The notes under the pieces are model-generated. The model had not been told where the DNA came from, searched no databases, and was given only the letters and a program-made list of their open reading frames with translations. Below are positions 26,089 through 38,581 of a stretch of DNA of 64,000 bases, one piece after another. The translations under genes were made by a program, and so were the position numbers. The stretch's first letter is position 1. Every line of letters starts with the position of its first letter. Source of the DNA: Planctomycetota bacterium (GTDB lineage Bacteria; Planctomycetota; UBA1135; UBA2386); the NCBI GenBank assembly GCA_016235155.1, contig JACRLW010000103.1, positions 8,066 to 72,065 of the forward strand, written 5' to 3'.

Positions 26089-28698
26089 ATGCCGACCTCG
26101 CTCCGCGTCGCACTCCGTTCGTTCGCCGTCGTTTCGCTCGCCGTGTCGGGCGCGCTCGCGCAGACCGTCGCCGCGAACGGGAAGCCGACCGACGGCGAGG
26201 TGCCGCTCGCCTGTGCTCCGGACTGGACCGCGTTCCTCGTGCACGACGCGGGCGCGGGCATCTGGACGGTGAAGTCGTTCGACGTGCTGCCTTGGTACGG
26301 CTGCCCGGAGATCGTCGGGATGGACGACAAGGGGCGCTGCACGATCCTCAGCTCGTACTCGGGCAAGTGGACGCCGAACGACACCGTCTTCGACGGCCAG
26401 TGGCTCGCGCCGGTCGGCCACGCGGACGTGGATCCGCGTCGCGAGGGCAAGGAGCTCTACGTCGGCGGCAAGAGCGGCAACCTCTACCAGCTCGCGCTGC
26501 GCGGCGAACACGAGTGGGACAAGCTCGAGATCGCGCACTGGACCGAAGAGATCCACACGATCGTCGCCGGCGAACTGCGGCCGGAGCGTCCCGGCGCGGA
26601 GTTGGTCGCGTTCCTGAAGAACGGCGACGTCTTCGAACTCGTCGCCGGCGGGGCGCAGGGCTTCGCGAGCCAGCGGCTCGGCACGCTACCGGGTCGCGTG
26701 CGTGATGCGGTGGTCGTCCCGGGGCGTGAAGCGGGCGCAGCGCCGCGGATCGTCACGGTCAGTCGCGCGGGCGAGGTCGCGATGATCGAGCTGCGCGGCG
26801 ACGGACTCGCGCGCACGGTGATGCTGCAGGAGCCGATGGGCTTCGGGCGCGTCGCGCGACGACCGCCGCGCGCGGGTCGGGGCGAAGTGTTCTACATCAC
26901 GCGCGACGACGGGCTCGTGCTGCGGCTGGAGGAGCGCGCCGACGGCAGCTTTGCGCGCAACGAGGTCTATGCGGGACCGCAGGGACTGCGCGGCGTCGCG
27001 GCCGGGCGCTTCACGAACGATCCGACGGACGAGTGCGTCGCAGTGTTCGGGTACTCCGCGCGCGTGCAGTTGCTCGTGCGCAAGGGCGAGGGTCCCTGGC
27101 ACGTGAGCGACCTGTTCACCGACCTCGACCGCGGGCACTGGCTCGACGTCGCGGAACTCGACGGGCGCAACGGCACCGACGAACTGATCGCGTCGGGTTA
27201 CGGCGGTCGCATCGTGCTGCTCGCGCGACCGCCGGGTTACGCGCTCGGCGGCGTGGCGACCGATCCGGTTCCGGCGCTCGGCGGGAAGCCCATCGCGCGC
27301 ATCGCCGCGAAGATCAACGAGCCCGGCGTGCGCGAGCTGTCGCCGCTGTGCTACCAGGGCGGCTTCGAGTCGAAGACCGCGGTGTACGAGACGCTGGTGC
27401 GTCGCGATTCAAAGGGTCGCATCGCGCCCGCGCTCGCCGCGTCGTGGCGGATCAGCGACGACGGCCGCACGACGACGTTCGTGCTGCGCGAGGATGCGCG
27501 GTTCCACGACGGCACTCCGGTGACGAGCAGGGACGTCGCCGTGCACATGAAGCGCTGGGTCGGATTGCCCGAGCATGCCTGGCTCCGTTCGAGCGATCGG
27601 ATCGTCGCGATCGAGGCGCTGACCGATCGCGAGCTGCGCGTCACCTGCGATCGGCCCGTCGCGTTGCTGCCGGATCTCTGTGCGATCAACCCCTGCGCGA
27701 TCCGGGCTCCGGCGGCGCTCGATCGTGAGGGTGCCTTCGTGCGCGCGGTGGGCAGCGGGCCGTTCACGGCGCTCGGCTGGTCGAGGGATCAACGCACGCT
27801 GCGGCTCGCGCGTGCGACGCGACCGAGTGCGCTGCTCGATCTCGTGCGCAGCGGCGACGACGACCCGCTCGCGATGCTGCGCAAGGGCGAAGTCGACGTC
27901 GTCGCGAGCAGTTGGCTCGTGAAGATCGACCCGAGGATCCTCGCCGAGCTTCGTCGCGACGCGGGCTACGTCATCCGCGAGGGCCCGGGCTCCGCGGTGC
28001 GCTACCTGAGCTTTGCGATCGACGGCGGACGCATGGGCGACGTCGCGCTGCGCCGCCGCGTGGCGAACGCGATCGATCGCGCCGCATTGGTCTTGGACGT
28101 CGAAGCGGGCTTCGCCGATCCGTGCACGGCATGGGCCGCGCCGAGCGTGTCGATCTGGCCGCAGCCCGCGGTCCGCGCGCGCGACGCGTCGCTCGCGACG
28201 GTGCTTGCGCTCACGACTCCGCTGCGGCTGGCGGCACCGCCGTCGATGCTCGATCTCGCGCGCGCGGTCGGCGGACAGCTCGGGCGCGACGGAATCGCGG
28301 TCGACGTCGTCGAGACGATCCCCCGCGGCGCGGAAGTCGAAGCCGACCTGCGGATCGAGACGACCTGGGGCGTGCCCTACGACCCCGAGCTCTCGCTGAT
28401 CGCACGCTTCGGCAAGCCGCTCGCGCAACCGAGTGCGGCGAGCCCGCGCGCGCGATCCGTCGACCCGCGCGTCCAAGCGCTCGTCGAGCAGCTCGTCGCG
28501 ACGCCGCAGGAGAAGGACCGCGAGGTGCTGTTCGCGCGGATCCAGACGCTCCTCGACGAAGAGGTCCTGATCGTGCCGCTCTACGCGCAGCGCCGCGCGA
28601 CGATCGTGCGCGCGGGACTGCCCGAACCGCCGGTCCCCGACCACGACCTCTATCGCGCGGACTGGACCTTCCTCACCGACCGTGCCACTCCGCGGTGA
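26089..28698 (+). CDS. fusion of an N-terminal repeat/beta-propeller-like region with a family-5 ABC substrate-binding protein domain
   Basis: The signal peptide is MPTSLRVALRSFAVVSLAVSGALAQ. About 430 aa carry FG-GAP/VCBS-like strings (ELYVGGKSGNLYQL, DELIASGYGGRIVLL). The SBP_bac_5-type core follows (VYETLVRRDSKGRIAPALAASWRISDDGRTTTFVLREDARFHDGTPVTSRDV). Confidence 0.75.
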   Translation: MPTSLRVALRSFAVVSLAVSGALAQTVAANGKPTDGEVPLACAPDWTAFLVHDAGAGIWTVKSFDVLPWYGCPEIVGMDDKGRCTILSSYSGKWTPNDTVFDGQWLAPVGHADVDPRREGKELYVGGKSGNLYQLALRGEHEWDKLEIAHWTEEIHTIVAGELRPERPGAELVAFLKNGDVFELVAGGAQGFASQRLGTLPGRVRDAVVVPGREAGAAPRIVTVSRAGEVAMIELRGDGLARTVMLQEPMGFGRVARRPPRAGRGEVFYITRDDGLVLRLEERADGSFARNEVYAGPQGLRGVAAGRFTNDPTDECVAVFGYSARVQLLVRKGEGPWHVSDLFTDLDRGHWLDVAELDGRNGTDELIASGYGGRIVLLARPPGYALGGVATDPVPALGGKPIARIAAKINEPGVRELSPLCYQGGFESKTAVYETLVRRDSKGRIAPALAASWRISDDGRTTTFVLREDARFHDGTPVTSRDVAVHMKRWVGLPEHAWLRSSDRIVAIEALTDRELRVTCDRPVALLPDLCAINPCAIRAPAALDREGAFVRAVGSGPFTALGWSRDQRTLRLARATRPSALLDLVRSGDDDPLAMLRKGEVDVVASSWLVKIDPRILAELRRDAGYVIREGPGSAVRYLSFAIDGGRMGDVALRRRVANAIDRAALVLDVEAGFADPCTAWAAPSVSIWPQPAVRARDASLATVLALTTPLRLAAPPSMLDLARAVGGQLGRDGIAVDVVETIPRGAEVEADLRIETTWGVPYDPELSLIARFGKPLAQPSAASPRARSVDPRVQALVEQLVATPQEKDREVLFARIQTLLDEEVLIVPLYAQRRATIVRAGLPEPPVPDHDLYRADWTFLTDRATPR

Positions 28699-29587
28699 GG
28701 TCCATCCACAGGGCGAGCCCGCGAAAGATCGAAAAGCGCGCGTACTCCGTCGCGAACCAACGGTCGCTCGGCGGGCGCTTGCGTCCGAGCAGGGTCGCCA
28801 TGCGCGCGCGGCACCACGAGTCGAGTGCCAGGTCTTCGAAGTGCCCGAGGCCGCGCAGCGCGTGGCCGACGGCGTAGGGACCGAAACCCGGCAGCGCGAG
28901 CAGGCGCTTGCGGAGTTCGTCGGCCCCGAGCGCGGGATCCTCGAAGGTCGCGGCGTCGAGCACACCGCTCGCGAAGGCCTCGGCGAGCAGGCGGCACGAC
29001 TTCGCGCGGTAGCCGGTGCGCACGACGTCGCGCCAGAACGACTCGGGCTGCGCGGCGCAGGTCGCGGCACTCGGGAACGCGCGACGACCCGAGGGTGCGC
29101 AGGGACCGAGCGCGTCGATCGTGCGCGCGCACATCAGCCGCGTCGCCGCCCACGAGCAGTTGGTCGTGAACAGGATGCGCAGCAGGTCCTCGAACAGCGT
29201 CGCGGACTGCATCAGATGACCCGCGCGCTTCTTCGGCACCCAGGCGAGGCGTTCGTGGCGCGCGCACTCGGTCCAGAATGCGGTGAGGTCGACGTCCAGG
29301 CGGAGGATGCGGCGCAAGGCTCCGCGCAGGTGAGCACCTTCGTCGCGCGTCAGCCGCTGCGCGGATTCCACGCGCGCGGCGACACCGTCTTCGACGCCGG
29401 TGATCGCCACGTCGACCGCGCGTTGCGCGTCGATCGCGAGCGTCGTGGTCAGACTTCCCGCCGCCTCATCCCATGCGTGCGGCGCCAGGTCGTACCAGCC
29501 GTGCCCGTGGACCGCGACGCGCAGGTCGTACGGGCCGCGGGCGCGGAGACGCCAACTCGTCTTCGCGCACGTACCCTGACGCGTCAC
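28673..29587 (-). CDS. HhH-GPD superfamily DNA glycosylase (AlkA/3-methyladenine glycosylase II-like)
   Basis: The helix-hairpin-helix Gly/Pro motif is LLALPGFGPYAVGHAL, followed by DLALDSW (catalytic Asp region). The overall length is ~300 aa. Confidence 0.65.
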   Translation of the reverse strand: MTRQGTCAKTSWRLRARGPYDLRVAVHGHGWYDLAPHAWDEAAGSLTTTLAIDAQRAVDVAITGVEDGVAARVESAQRLTRDEGAHLRGALRRILRLDVDLTAFWTECARHERLAWVPKKRAGHLMQSATLFEDLLRILFTTNCSWAATRLMCARTIDALGPCAPSGRRAFPSAATCAAQPESFWRDVVRTGYRAKSCRLLAEAFASGVLDAATFEDPALGADELRKRLLALPGFGPYAVGHALRGLGHFEDLALDSWCRARMATLLGRKRPPSDRWFATEYARFSIFRGLALWMDLTAEWHGR

Positions 29588-29606
29588 AGCGCGAACCGGG
29601 TCGCCC

Positions 29607-30611
29607 TCAGGCCTTGACGCCGAGCGCGGCCAACAGACGCTGCGCGCGCGCCGCGGCCTTCGTGTTCGCGTGCTTCTCGGCGAACTTGGCCAGCGCCTTG
29701 GCGGGCACGGCCTCGACGCCCTTCTCGAAGAGCGCGCGCTCGATCTTCAGCAGCGCCTTCTCGGCGGCGAGTTCGGGTGCGAGTTCGTCGCTCGAGAGGC
29801 GCGTGCGGATCTCGGCCGCGTTCTGCTCGAGGTCGCTCAGGCCCGCGATGCCCTTCTCGACGTCGCCGAGGAGATCGGCGGCCCGTGCGAACTGTCCGGC
29901 TTCGACCAGACGTCCGACCCGCGCCACCGCCGCGGCAGCGCGCGACTGGATGTCGTCGATCGCCTTGGCTGCTGCTTCGGCGAGCGCGACGTCGTCGGCG
30001 CCGTTGGCGGGCTTGTCGAGGAGCTTCTGCGCAGCTTCGATCGCGGCGGCGAACTTGCCCTTGAAGGCGTCGCGCCAGATCGGCTTCAGCTCTTTGCCGG
30101 CGTCGGTCGGACCCTTCTGCCGGATCGCGATCTGCGCGCGGATCGCTTCCTCGAGCTGCTTCTTCATCGAGATGGGGTTGCCCTCGAGGATGCGACGCCC
30201 GTCGACGTCGAGCAGCACGAAGTTGGGGATGCCGCGAGCGTCGGACCGCACCGGCCGCTCGCTGGTCCAATGCGACTTGCCGCCGAGCCAGCCCCGCTTC
30301 AGGCCGAACGCTTCGACCTCCTCGATGCTGTGACCCTGCACCTCCGCGAACACGATCGCGAGGTCGTCACCGAACTCTGCCTGATCCTGGAGGGACATCG
30401 GCACGGATGTCCCGACACACGGGCCTCAATTGATTCCCCAGAACTCCACCAGGATCGGCTTGCCGCGAAGTTCGCTGAGTTTCGAGATGCCGTCGAGCTG
30501 GAGCCCGGCGGCCTGGAACTGGAAGTCCTCCGGCTCACCCGCGGCGATCGGCGCCTGGGCGGCGACGGCGTTCGCGAGGAGGACGGCGGACAGAAGGGCG
30601 GTCGTGCGCAT
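29607..30611 (-). CDS. TlpA/thioredoxin-like oxidoreductase, probable selenoprotein (in-frame UGA at 30428..30426) with helical C-terminal extension
   Basis: Track ORFs 30426..30611 and 29607..30404 share one frame and are separated only by a single TGA. Read-through gives signal peptide ...LSELRGKPILVEFWGIN-U-GPCVGTSVP...GIPNFVLLDVDGRRILEG. The TGA therefore replaces the first Cys of the FWxxxCxPC redox motif. Confidence 0.65.
30392..30413 (-). promoter_or_regulatory. SECIS-like hairpin (8-bp perfect stem, 6-nt loop) starting 12 nt after the in-frame UGA
   Basis: The minus-strand RNA is UGA-GGCCCGUGUGUC-GGGACAUC-CGUGCC-GAUGUCCC. The stem arms are exact reverse complements by inspection. Confidence 0.5.
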
Positions 30612-30766
30612 GAACGGGACTCTTGGTCGTGACGAGCGGGACTGGCGAGTGGCGCGGATGGTAGTCGTCCGATCGGTCCCCGCCCCTTCACCGGACGACC
30701 CGGACGAGTACCGCGTTGGTATCGCTTGTGCCGCCGGGCCCGCGCGGCGAATCTCCCGGCCGCTCC

Positions 30767-31329
30767 ATGACCCACCGGACCAAGCGCCGCATCGCGATCG
30801 TCTCGACCGGCGGCACCATCGAGAAGACCTACGACGAACTGCAGGGCGTCCTCCAGAACGAACTGAGCAACCTCGACGTGCTCCTCGCCTCGCTTCGGCT
30901 CGACGGCGTCGAACTGGTCCGCGTGCCGCTGATGAACAAGGACAGCCTCGACATGTCGCCCGCCGACCACACGCTGATCGCGCAGACGGTCGGCAGCATG
31001 GCGGCGGGTCTCGACGGCGTGGTCGTCGTGCACGGGACCGATCGGCTCGCCGTCACCGGCGACCGCATCGTCGAGTTGCTGGGGACGCCGCGCGTGCCGG
31101 TCGTACTGACGGGCGCGATGCGACCGTTCGTGATGCGCAACACCGACGCGGCCCAGAACATGACCGAGGCCCTGCTCGCCGTGCAGGTCATGCCGCCCGG
31201 GGTGTACGTCGCGATGCACAACCGCGTGCTTCGCTTCCCGGGCGTCGTGAAGGACCGCGCGCGGATGACCTTCGCGATGGCCGACGAGTTGACCGACGCA
31301 GGCGACGAGCGCGACCGCGATCGCGACGC

Positions 31330-31345
<16 letters not shown>
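30767..31345 (+). CDS. L-asparaginase-family protein (N-terminal catalytic-type domain only, ~192 aa)
   Basis: [16 protein letters not shown] is the catalytic-Thr motif [19 protein letters not shown] is the HGTDT-like motif. No C-terminal asparaginase domain is present. I moved the start to ATG 30767. Confidence 0.65.
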
Positions 31346-34961
<3,616 letters not shown>

Positions 34962-34965
<4 letters not shown>

Positions 34966-35942
34966 GCTGTGATCGGTGAGTCGGGCCGATGCGCCGTGGC
35001 GATGAAGGTCGCGGGAAGGTCGTGCGCGGCGCTCTGCGATCCGTGCACCTCGACCGCGACGTCGTCGAGTCCCGCCGCCGCGAGCCAACGCGTGATCCGC
35101 TCGGGCGCGAAGCCCTCCCAGAGCACGCCGAGATCGCTCCGCATCCACTCGCGGTCGTGACGCTTGTCGTCGTCGTCCGCGACGAAGTCGACGATCACGA
35201 CGCGGCCGCCGGGTCGCACGACGCGCGCCATCTCGCGCACGGCGACCGGCGGCGACGAGACGTAGTGGAGCACCATGTGCGCGACGGCGGCGTCGACCTC
35301 GCCGTCGGCGAGAGGCAACGCGGTCGCGTCGCCGCGCCGCAGTTCGATCCCGTTGATCGCGTGCTCGCGGATCTTGTCGCCCGCGGTGGCGAGCATCCGC
35401 GGCGACGAATCGACGCCGATCACATGGACCCCCGCGCGCGCGAGCTCGACGGCGAGGATCCCGGTGCCCGTCCCGATGTCGGCGACGCGGATCCCGCGCG
35501 GCACGAGCTTGCCGATCGCGCGCGCGCGTTGGACGTCGTCGTGGAAGATGCCGCGGAGCCGATCCCAGCCGGGACCGATCTCCTCGAACCAGTCCTGGCT
35601 CCGCAACGCGCGCTCCTCGAGCAGGCGGCCGAGGCGCTCGGCGTCGCGCGCCGCGTGCGGGTCGTCGGCCAGGGCGTTCCGCGCGAGATCCCACGCCGGA
35701 TGCCACGGCCCGTCCGCCGGCGGCTCGAAGCGCGAGTAGCTGTAGGTCCCCTCCTTGCGATCGCGGAGCACGCCGGCTTCGCGGAGGACGGCGAGGTGGC
35801 GCGAGACGGTCGACTGCGGGACGTCGAGGATCCGGACCAGGTCTTGGACGGCGAGCTCCTCACGCGCCAGCAGCGCGAGGATGCGGAGCCGGGTGGGATC
35901 CGAGAGCGTGCGGAGGACGCGGTGAAGGGCTTCGACGGTCAC
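34962..35942 (-). CDS. sahR: ArsR-type HTH regulator fused to a SAM-dependent methyltransferase-like domain (SahR-like)
   Basis: The HTH is [49 protein letters not shown]. The class I MTase fold has [16 protein letters not shown]...[11 protein letters not shown]...GGRVVIVDF. The stop overlaps the metH start (ATGA). GTG 35942 is the proposed start. The symbol is assigned from architecture plus context only. Confidence 0.6.
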
Positions 35943-36150
35943 GAAGGCGCGGGAGTGTATCTCTTGATCCGCATGGACGGATGATGAACTTGAGCGCCTC
36001 CAGATCCTCCGCCCGATGACCTGGGTTTGGAGCGTCGCAGGTGCCCGTGGCTTCGACGCTTGCGCGGATTGGCGCCTGCTTCCCCCTGCCGATCCCTGGG
36101 TCCCACACCCGAGCCCGACGCCGAGCCCGACGCCGGGCCCGACGGAACGC

Positions 36151-36184
36151 GAACGGGGCGACGCCTCGCGGCGCCGCCCCGTTC
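36151..36184 (-). terminator. GC-rich hairpin 16 nt downstream of tRNA-Ala
   Basis: The arms gaacggggcg / cgccccgttc are exact complements, with a 14-nt partially self-pairing centre. The following U-tract is weak (gcguuccgu). Confidence 0.4.
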
Positions 36185-36199
36185 GTCTCGACCAGCGGT

Positions 36200-36272
36200 T
36201 GGAGGCGAGGGGAGTCGAACCCCTGACCTCAGCATTGCGAACGCTGCGCTCTACCAACTGAGCTACGCCCCC
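36200..36272 (-). tRNA. tRNA-Ala (anticodon CGC)
   Basis: I folded this by hand into a 73-nt cloverleaf: GGGGGCG-TA-GCTC-AGTTGGTA-GAGC-G-CAGCG-TTCGCAA-TGCTG-AGGTC-AGGGG-TTCGACT-CCCCT-CGCCTCC-A. It includes the G3:U70 Ala identity pair. CCA is not encoded. Confidence 0.9.
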
Positions 36273-36336
36273 GAGGTCGGTCGGGCCGGGGATGCTAGCC
36301 GGCCGGCGATCGAATGGAAGAGCCGACCTGAGCTGG

Positions 36337-36843
36337 TCAGGACCGCGGCGCGCCGGCGCCCTCGAGTTCGGCCTCGACCGGCTCGACGACCGGCTGCGCC
36401 GGTTCGCCGGGCCGGACCTCGGTCCGCTCGGGCTGCATGGACTCGATCAGGAGGTTCATCTCGTCCGCGACCTCGCCGAGGAAGTCCCCTTCGCGGAGCT
36501 TGACCCGGAAAGCGACGTCGCCGGAGCGGATCCGTTCGAGCGACTTGCAGAGGCGGTAGGCCGGGCCGGCGACGTGATGCGAGAAGCGCAGTCCGCGGAC
36601 GACGATCACGAGGGAGCAGACGACGCAGAAGCCGAGGACCGACCACAGCAGCGGCGAGAGGCTGGGAAGGTCGAGGTCGACCTGCGTGGCCTCGTCCACC
36701 AGGCGGCGGCAGAAGTAGGCGACGACGAGGGTCGTGATCGCGAGAGCGGCGGTCGGGACGAGGACCACGGCGGCGACGATGCGTTGCTGCACCGGCCGGT
36801 TCACGATCAGGATCCTGCGGCGTTCTCGCGACGAATCGGTCAT
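36337..36843 (-). CDS. small membrane protein with two TM helices and a HAMP-like segment
   Basis: The TM helices are VAAVVLVPTAALAITTLVVAYF and LLWSVLGFCVVCSLVIVV. HVAGPAYRLCKSLERIRSGDVAFRVKLREGDFLGEVADEMNLLIE resembles a HAMP linker. No output domain is present. Confidence 0.55.
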   Translation of the reverse strand: MTDSSRERRRILIVNRPVQQRIVAAVVLVPTAALAITTLVVAYFCRRLVDEATQVDLDLPSLSPLLWSVLGFCVVCSLVIVVRGLRFSHHVAGPAYRLCKSLERIRSGDVAFRVKLREGDFLGEVADEMNLLIESMQPERTEVRPGEPAQPVVEPVEAELEGAGAPRS

Positions 36844-37054
36844 CCCTCAACCCCTGGCGACGCGCGACGGCGCGCACCGGGTTCGCCATCGGCAGGATCG
36901 GTCGTCCGGGTCAAGCGGACGCGGCCGGGAAACGCGGCCCGGTCGACCCGGATCATCTCGCCCTTCCGCAATTTGCCGACCCGCCGGCACAAGTCGGGAT
37001 CGGTCCATCGCCGAAAGACGCCGACGGACTCCCAGCGAGATCGAGTTCGATCAC

Positions 37055-38005
37055 ATGGAGCGCATCACCACGACGGAGGCCGCCTCGCGGCTCGGCATCG
37101 ATCAGGCGGGTCTCACCCGCCTGCTTCGGCAGCACAAGAACTCGATCCCGGGGCTCGACTCCGAGGAGAAGGATCTGCTGCCGGTCGAGGCCGTCGATCA
37201 GCTCGCGCAGTTGGTGCGCAACCAGGGCAAGGCGGGCGGTGCGGGCAAACAGCTCGCGTCGGTCATCGCGGTGACGTCCGGCAAGGGCGGCGTCGGCAAG
37301 ACCTCGGCCAGCGTGAACATCGCGACCGAACTCTCGCTGCGCGGACATCGCACCGTGCTGGTCGACGTCGATCTCGGGCTCGCGAATGCGCACATCCTGG
37401 CCGGCAAGGCGCCGGGGAAGACCCTCTTCGATTGGCTCGGCGGTCGCGCCGAGTTCGGCGAGATCGTCGTCGACGGTCCCGGGGGCATGAAGATGATCTC
37501 GGGCGGCAGCGGCGTGAAGGAGTTGGCGAACCTCGACGAGAAGGGGCGCATCAAGCTCGTCGATGCGATCCTCGCGCTCCGCCCCCATTGCGACGTCGTG
37601 ATCCTCGACACCGGGGCCGGGATCGGCAGCGGCGTCACGGACTTCGTCGCGGCCGCGGATCACACGCTCGTCGTCACGACGAGCAACTTCGCCGCGATCG
37701 CGGACGCATACGGGATCGTCAAGGTCCTGGTGCAGGGCGGGTACCGCAAGCCGCTGCACCTGATCGTCAACCGCGTGCGTTCGCCCGAGGAGGCCGAGCA
37801 GGTCTTCAAGAAGCTGCAAGGCTGCACGCAGAGATTCCTCAATCACGAGCTCAACTGGCTCGGACTCCTGCCGGAGGATCACTCGGTGGAAGGAGCCGTG
37901 CTCCAACGGACTCCCTTCTGCGAGGCGTATCCGGCGAGCGTCGTGACGAAGTACCTGAAGAAGGTCGTCTCGGCCCTCGAGCGATACCTGCCGAAGCGAT
38001 CCTGA
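37055..38005 (+). CDS. MinD/FlhG-type ParA-family ATPase with N-terminal HTH-like extension
   Basis: The deviant Walker A is VTSGKGGVGKTSASVN. The Walker B region is DVVILDTGAG. The N-terminal ~65 aa (MERITTTEAASRLGIDQAGLTRLLRQ) look like a small HTH. Confidence 0.8.
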   Translation: MERITTTEAASRLGIDQAGLTRLLRQHKNSIPGLDSEEKDLLPVEAVDQLAQLVRNQGKAGGAGKQLASVIAVTSGKGGVGKTSASVNIATELSLRGHRTVLVDVDLGLANAHILAGKAPGKTLFDWLGGRAEFGEIVVDGPGGMKMISGGSGVKELANLDEKGRIKLVDAILALRPHCDVVILDTGAGIGSGVTDFVAAADHTLVVTTSNFAAIADAYGIVKVLVQGGYRKPLHLIVNRVRSPEEAEQVFKKLQGCTQRFLNHELNWLGLLPEDHSVEGAVLQRTPFCEAYPASVVTKYLKKVVSALERYLPKRS

Positions 38006-38184
38006 TCGCGACGGCGGTCGCTGCGCAGCGCAGGCGGGGTCCGCGTCCACGACCCACAATCGGCCGCCGAGCTGCATCGAGAGGAAGAAGATGAATCGAG
38101 CATGACGATCCCGCCGACGACCAGGGCGAAGGCTTCGGTCGTCAGGCCAACAAGGGCATCCTCGCGGAGCGTGTTGCCGAGGAG

Positions 38185-38484
38185 TTGAACGTCCCGCGTC
38201 GGACCGCCGCGCGCGTCCTCGACGCCGTGCTCGACTCGGTGCGGGACCTGCTGCGCACGCGCGGCAAGGTCGCCGTGAAGGGCTTCGGCACCTTCGAGCG
38301 CAAGGTGCGCAAGGGCCGCGCCTACAAGCATCCGCTCACGGGCAAGAGCATCGACGTCGCCGACAAGGAGACCGTGCTCTTCAAGCCGAGCGACCAGCTG
38401 ATCGCGGACAGCCGCGCGGACGCGGTGCCTCCGCAGCGCAAGAAGCCGGTCGGTCGGACCGAGGACATCCTCTTCAAGGGTTGA
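38185..38484 (+). CDS. HU/IHF-family DNA-binding protein (start uncertain)
   Basis: GKVAVKGFGTFERKVRKGRAYKHPLTGKSIDVADKETVLFKPS is the HU beta-arm signature. HU-like helix 1 (ANKGILAERVAEEL) lies in frame upstream of the TTG at 38185, with no ATG/GTG/TTG ahead of it. Confidence 0.75.
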   Translation: MNVPRRTAARVLDAVLDSVRDLLRTRGKVAVKGFGTFERKVRKGRAYKHPLTGKSIDVADKETVLFKPSDQLIADSRADAVPPQRKKPVGRTEDILFKG

Positions 38485-38581
38485 TCGCCCTTCGCGGCCA
38501 AGGCCGCAGCCAACCTTGACTGCAAGCGTCGGCCACGAGTGATGACGTCTGGATGGCGCCTCGTGCGGCTATCCTGATCCC

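Noticed and set aside
36200-36272. tRNA genes as integration sites of a prophage or genomic island
   Set aside because: I found no integrase, no direct repeat of a tRNA 3' end and no phage-like genes next to either tRNA (36200..36272 or 61594..61677). The flanking genes are ordinary chromosomal functions.
36016-36503. ORFs overlapping tRNA-Ala (36016..36261, 36027..36503, 36041..36226 plus; 35860..36257 minus)
   Set aside because: They run through a tRNA and its terminator hairpin and are R/P/G-rich, so they are not coding. The short 12-bp repeat gagcccgacgcc x2.5 at ~36110..36145 is noted but has no evident function.
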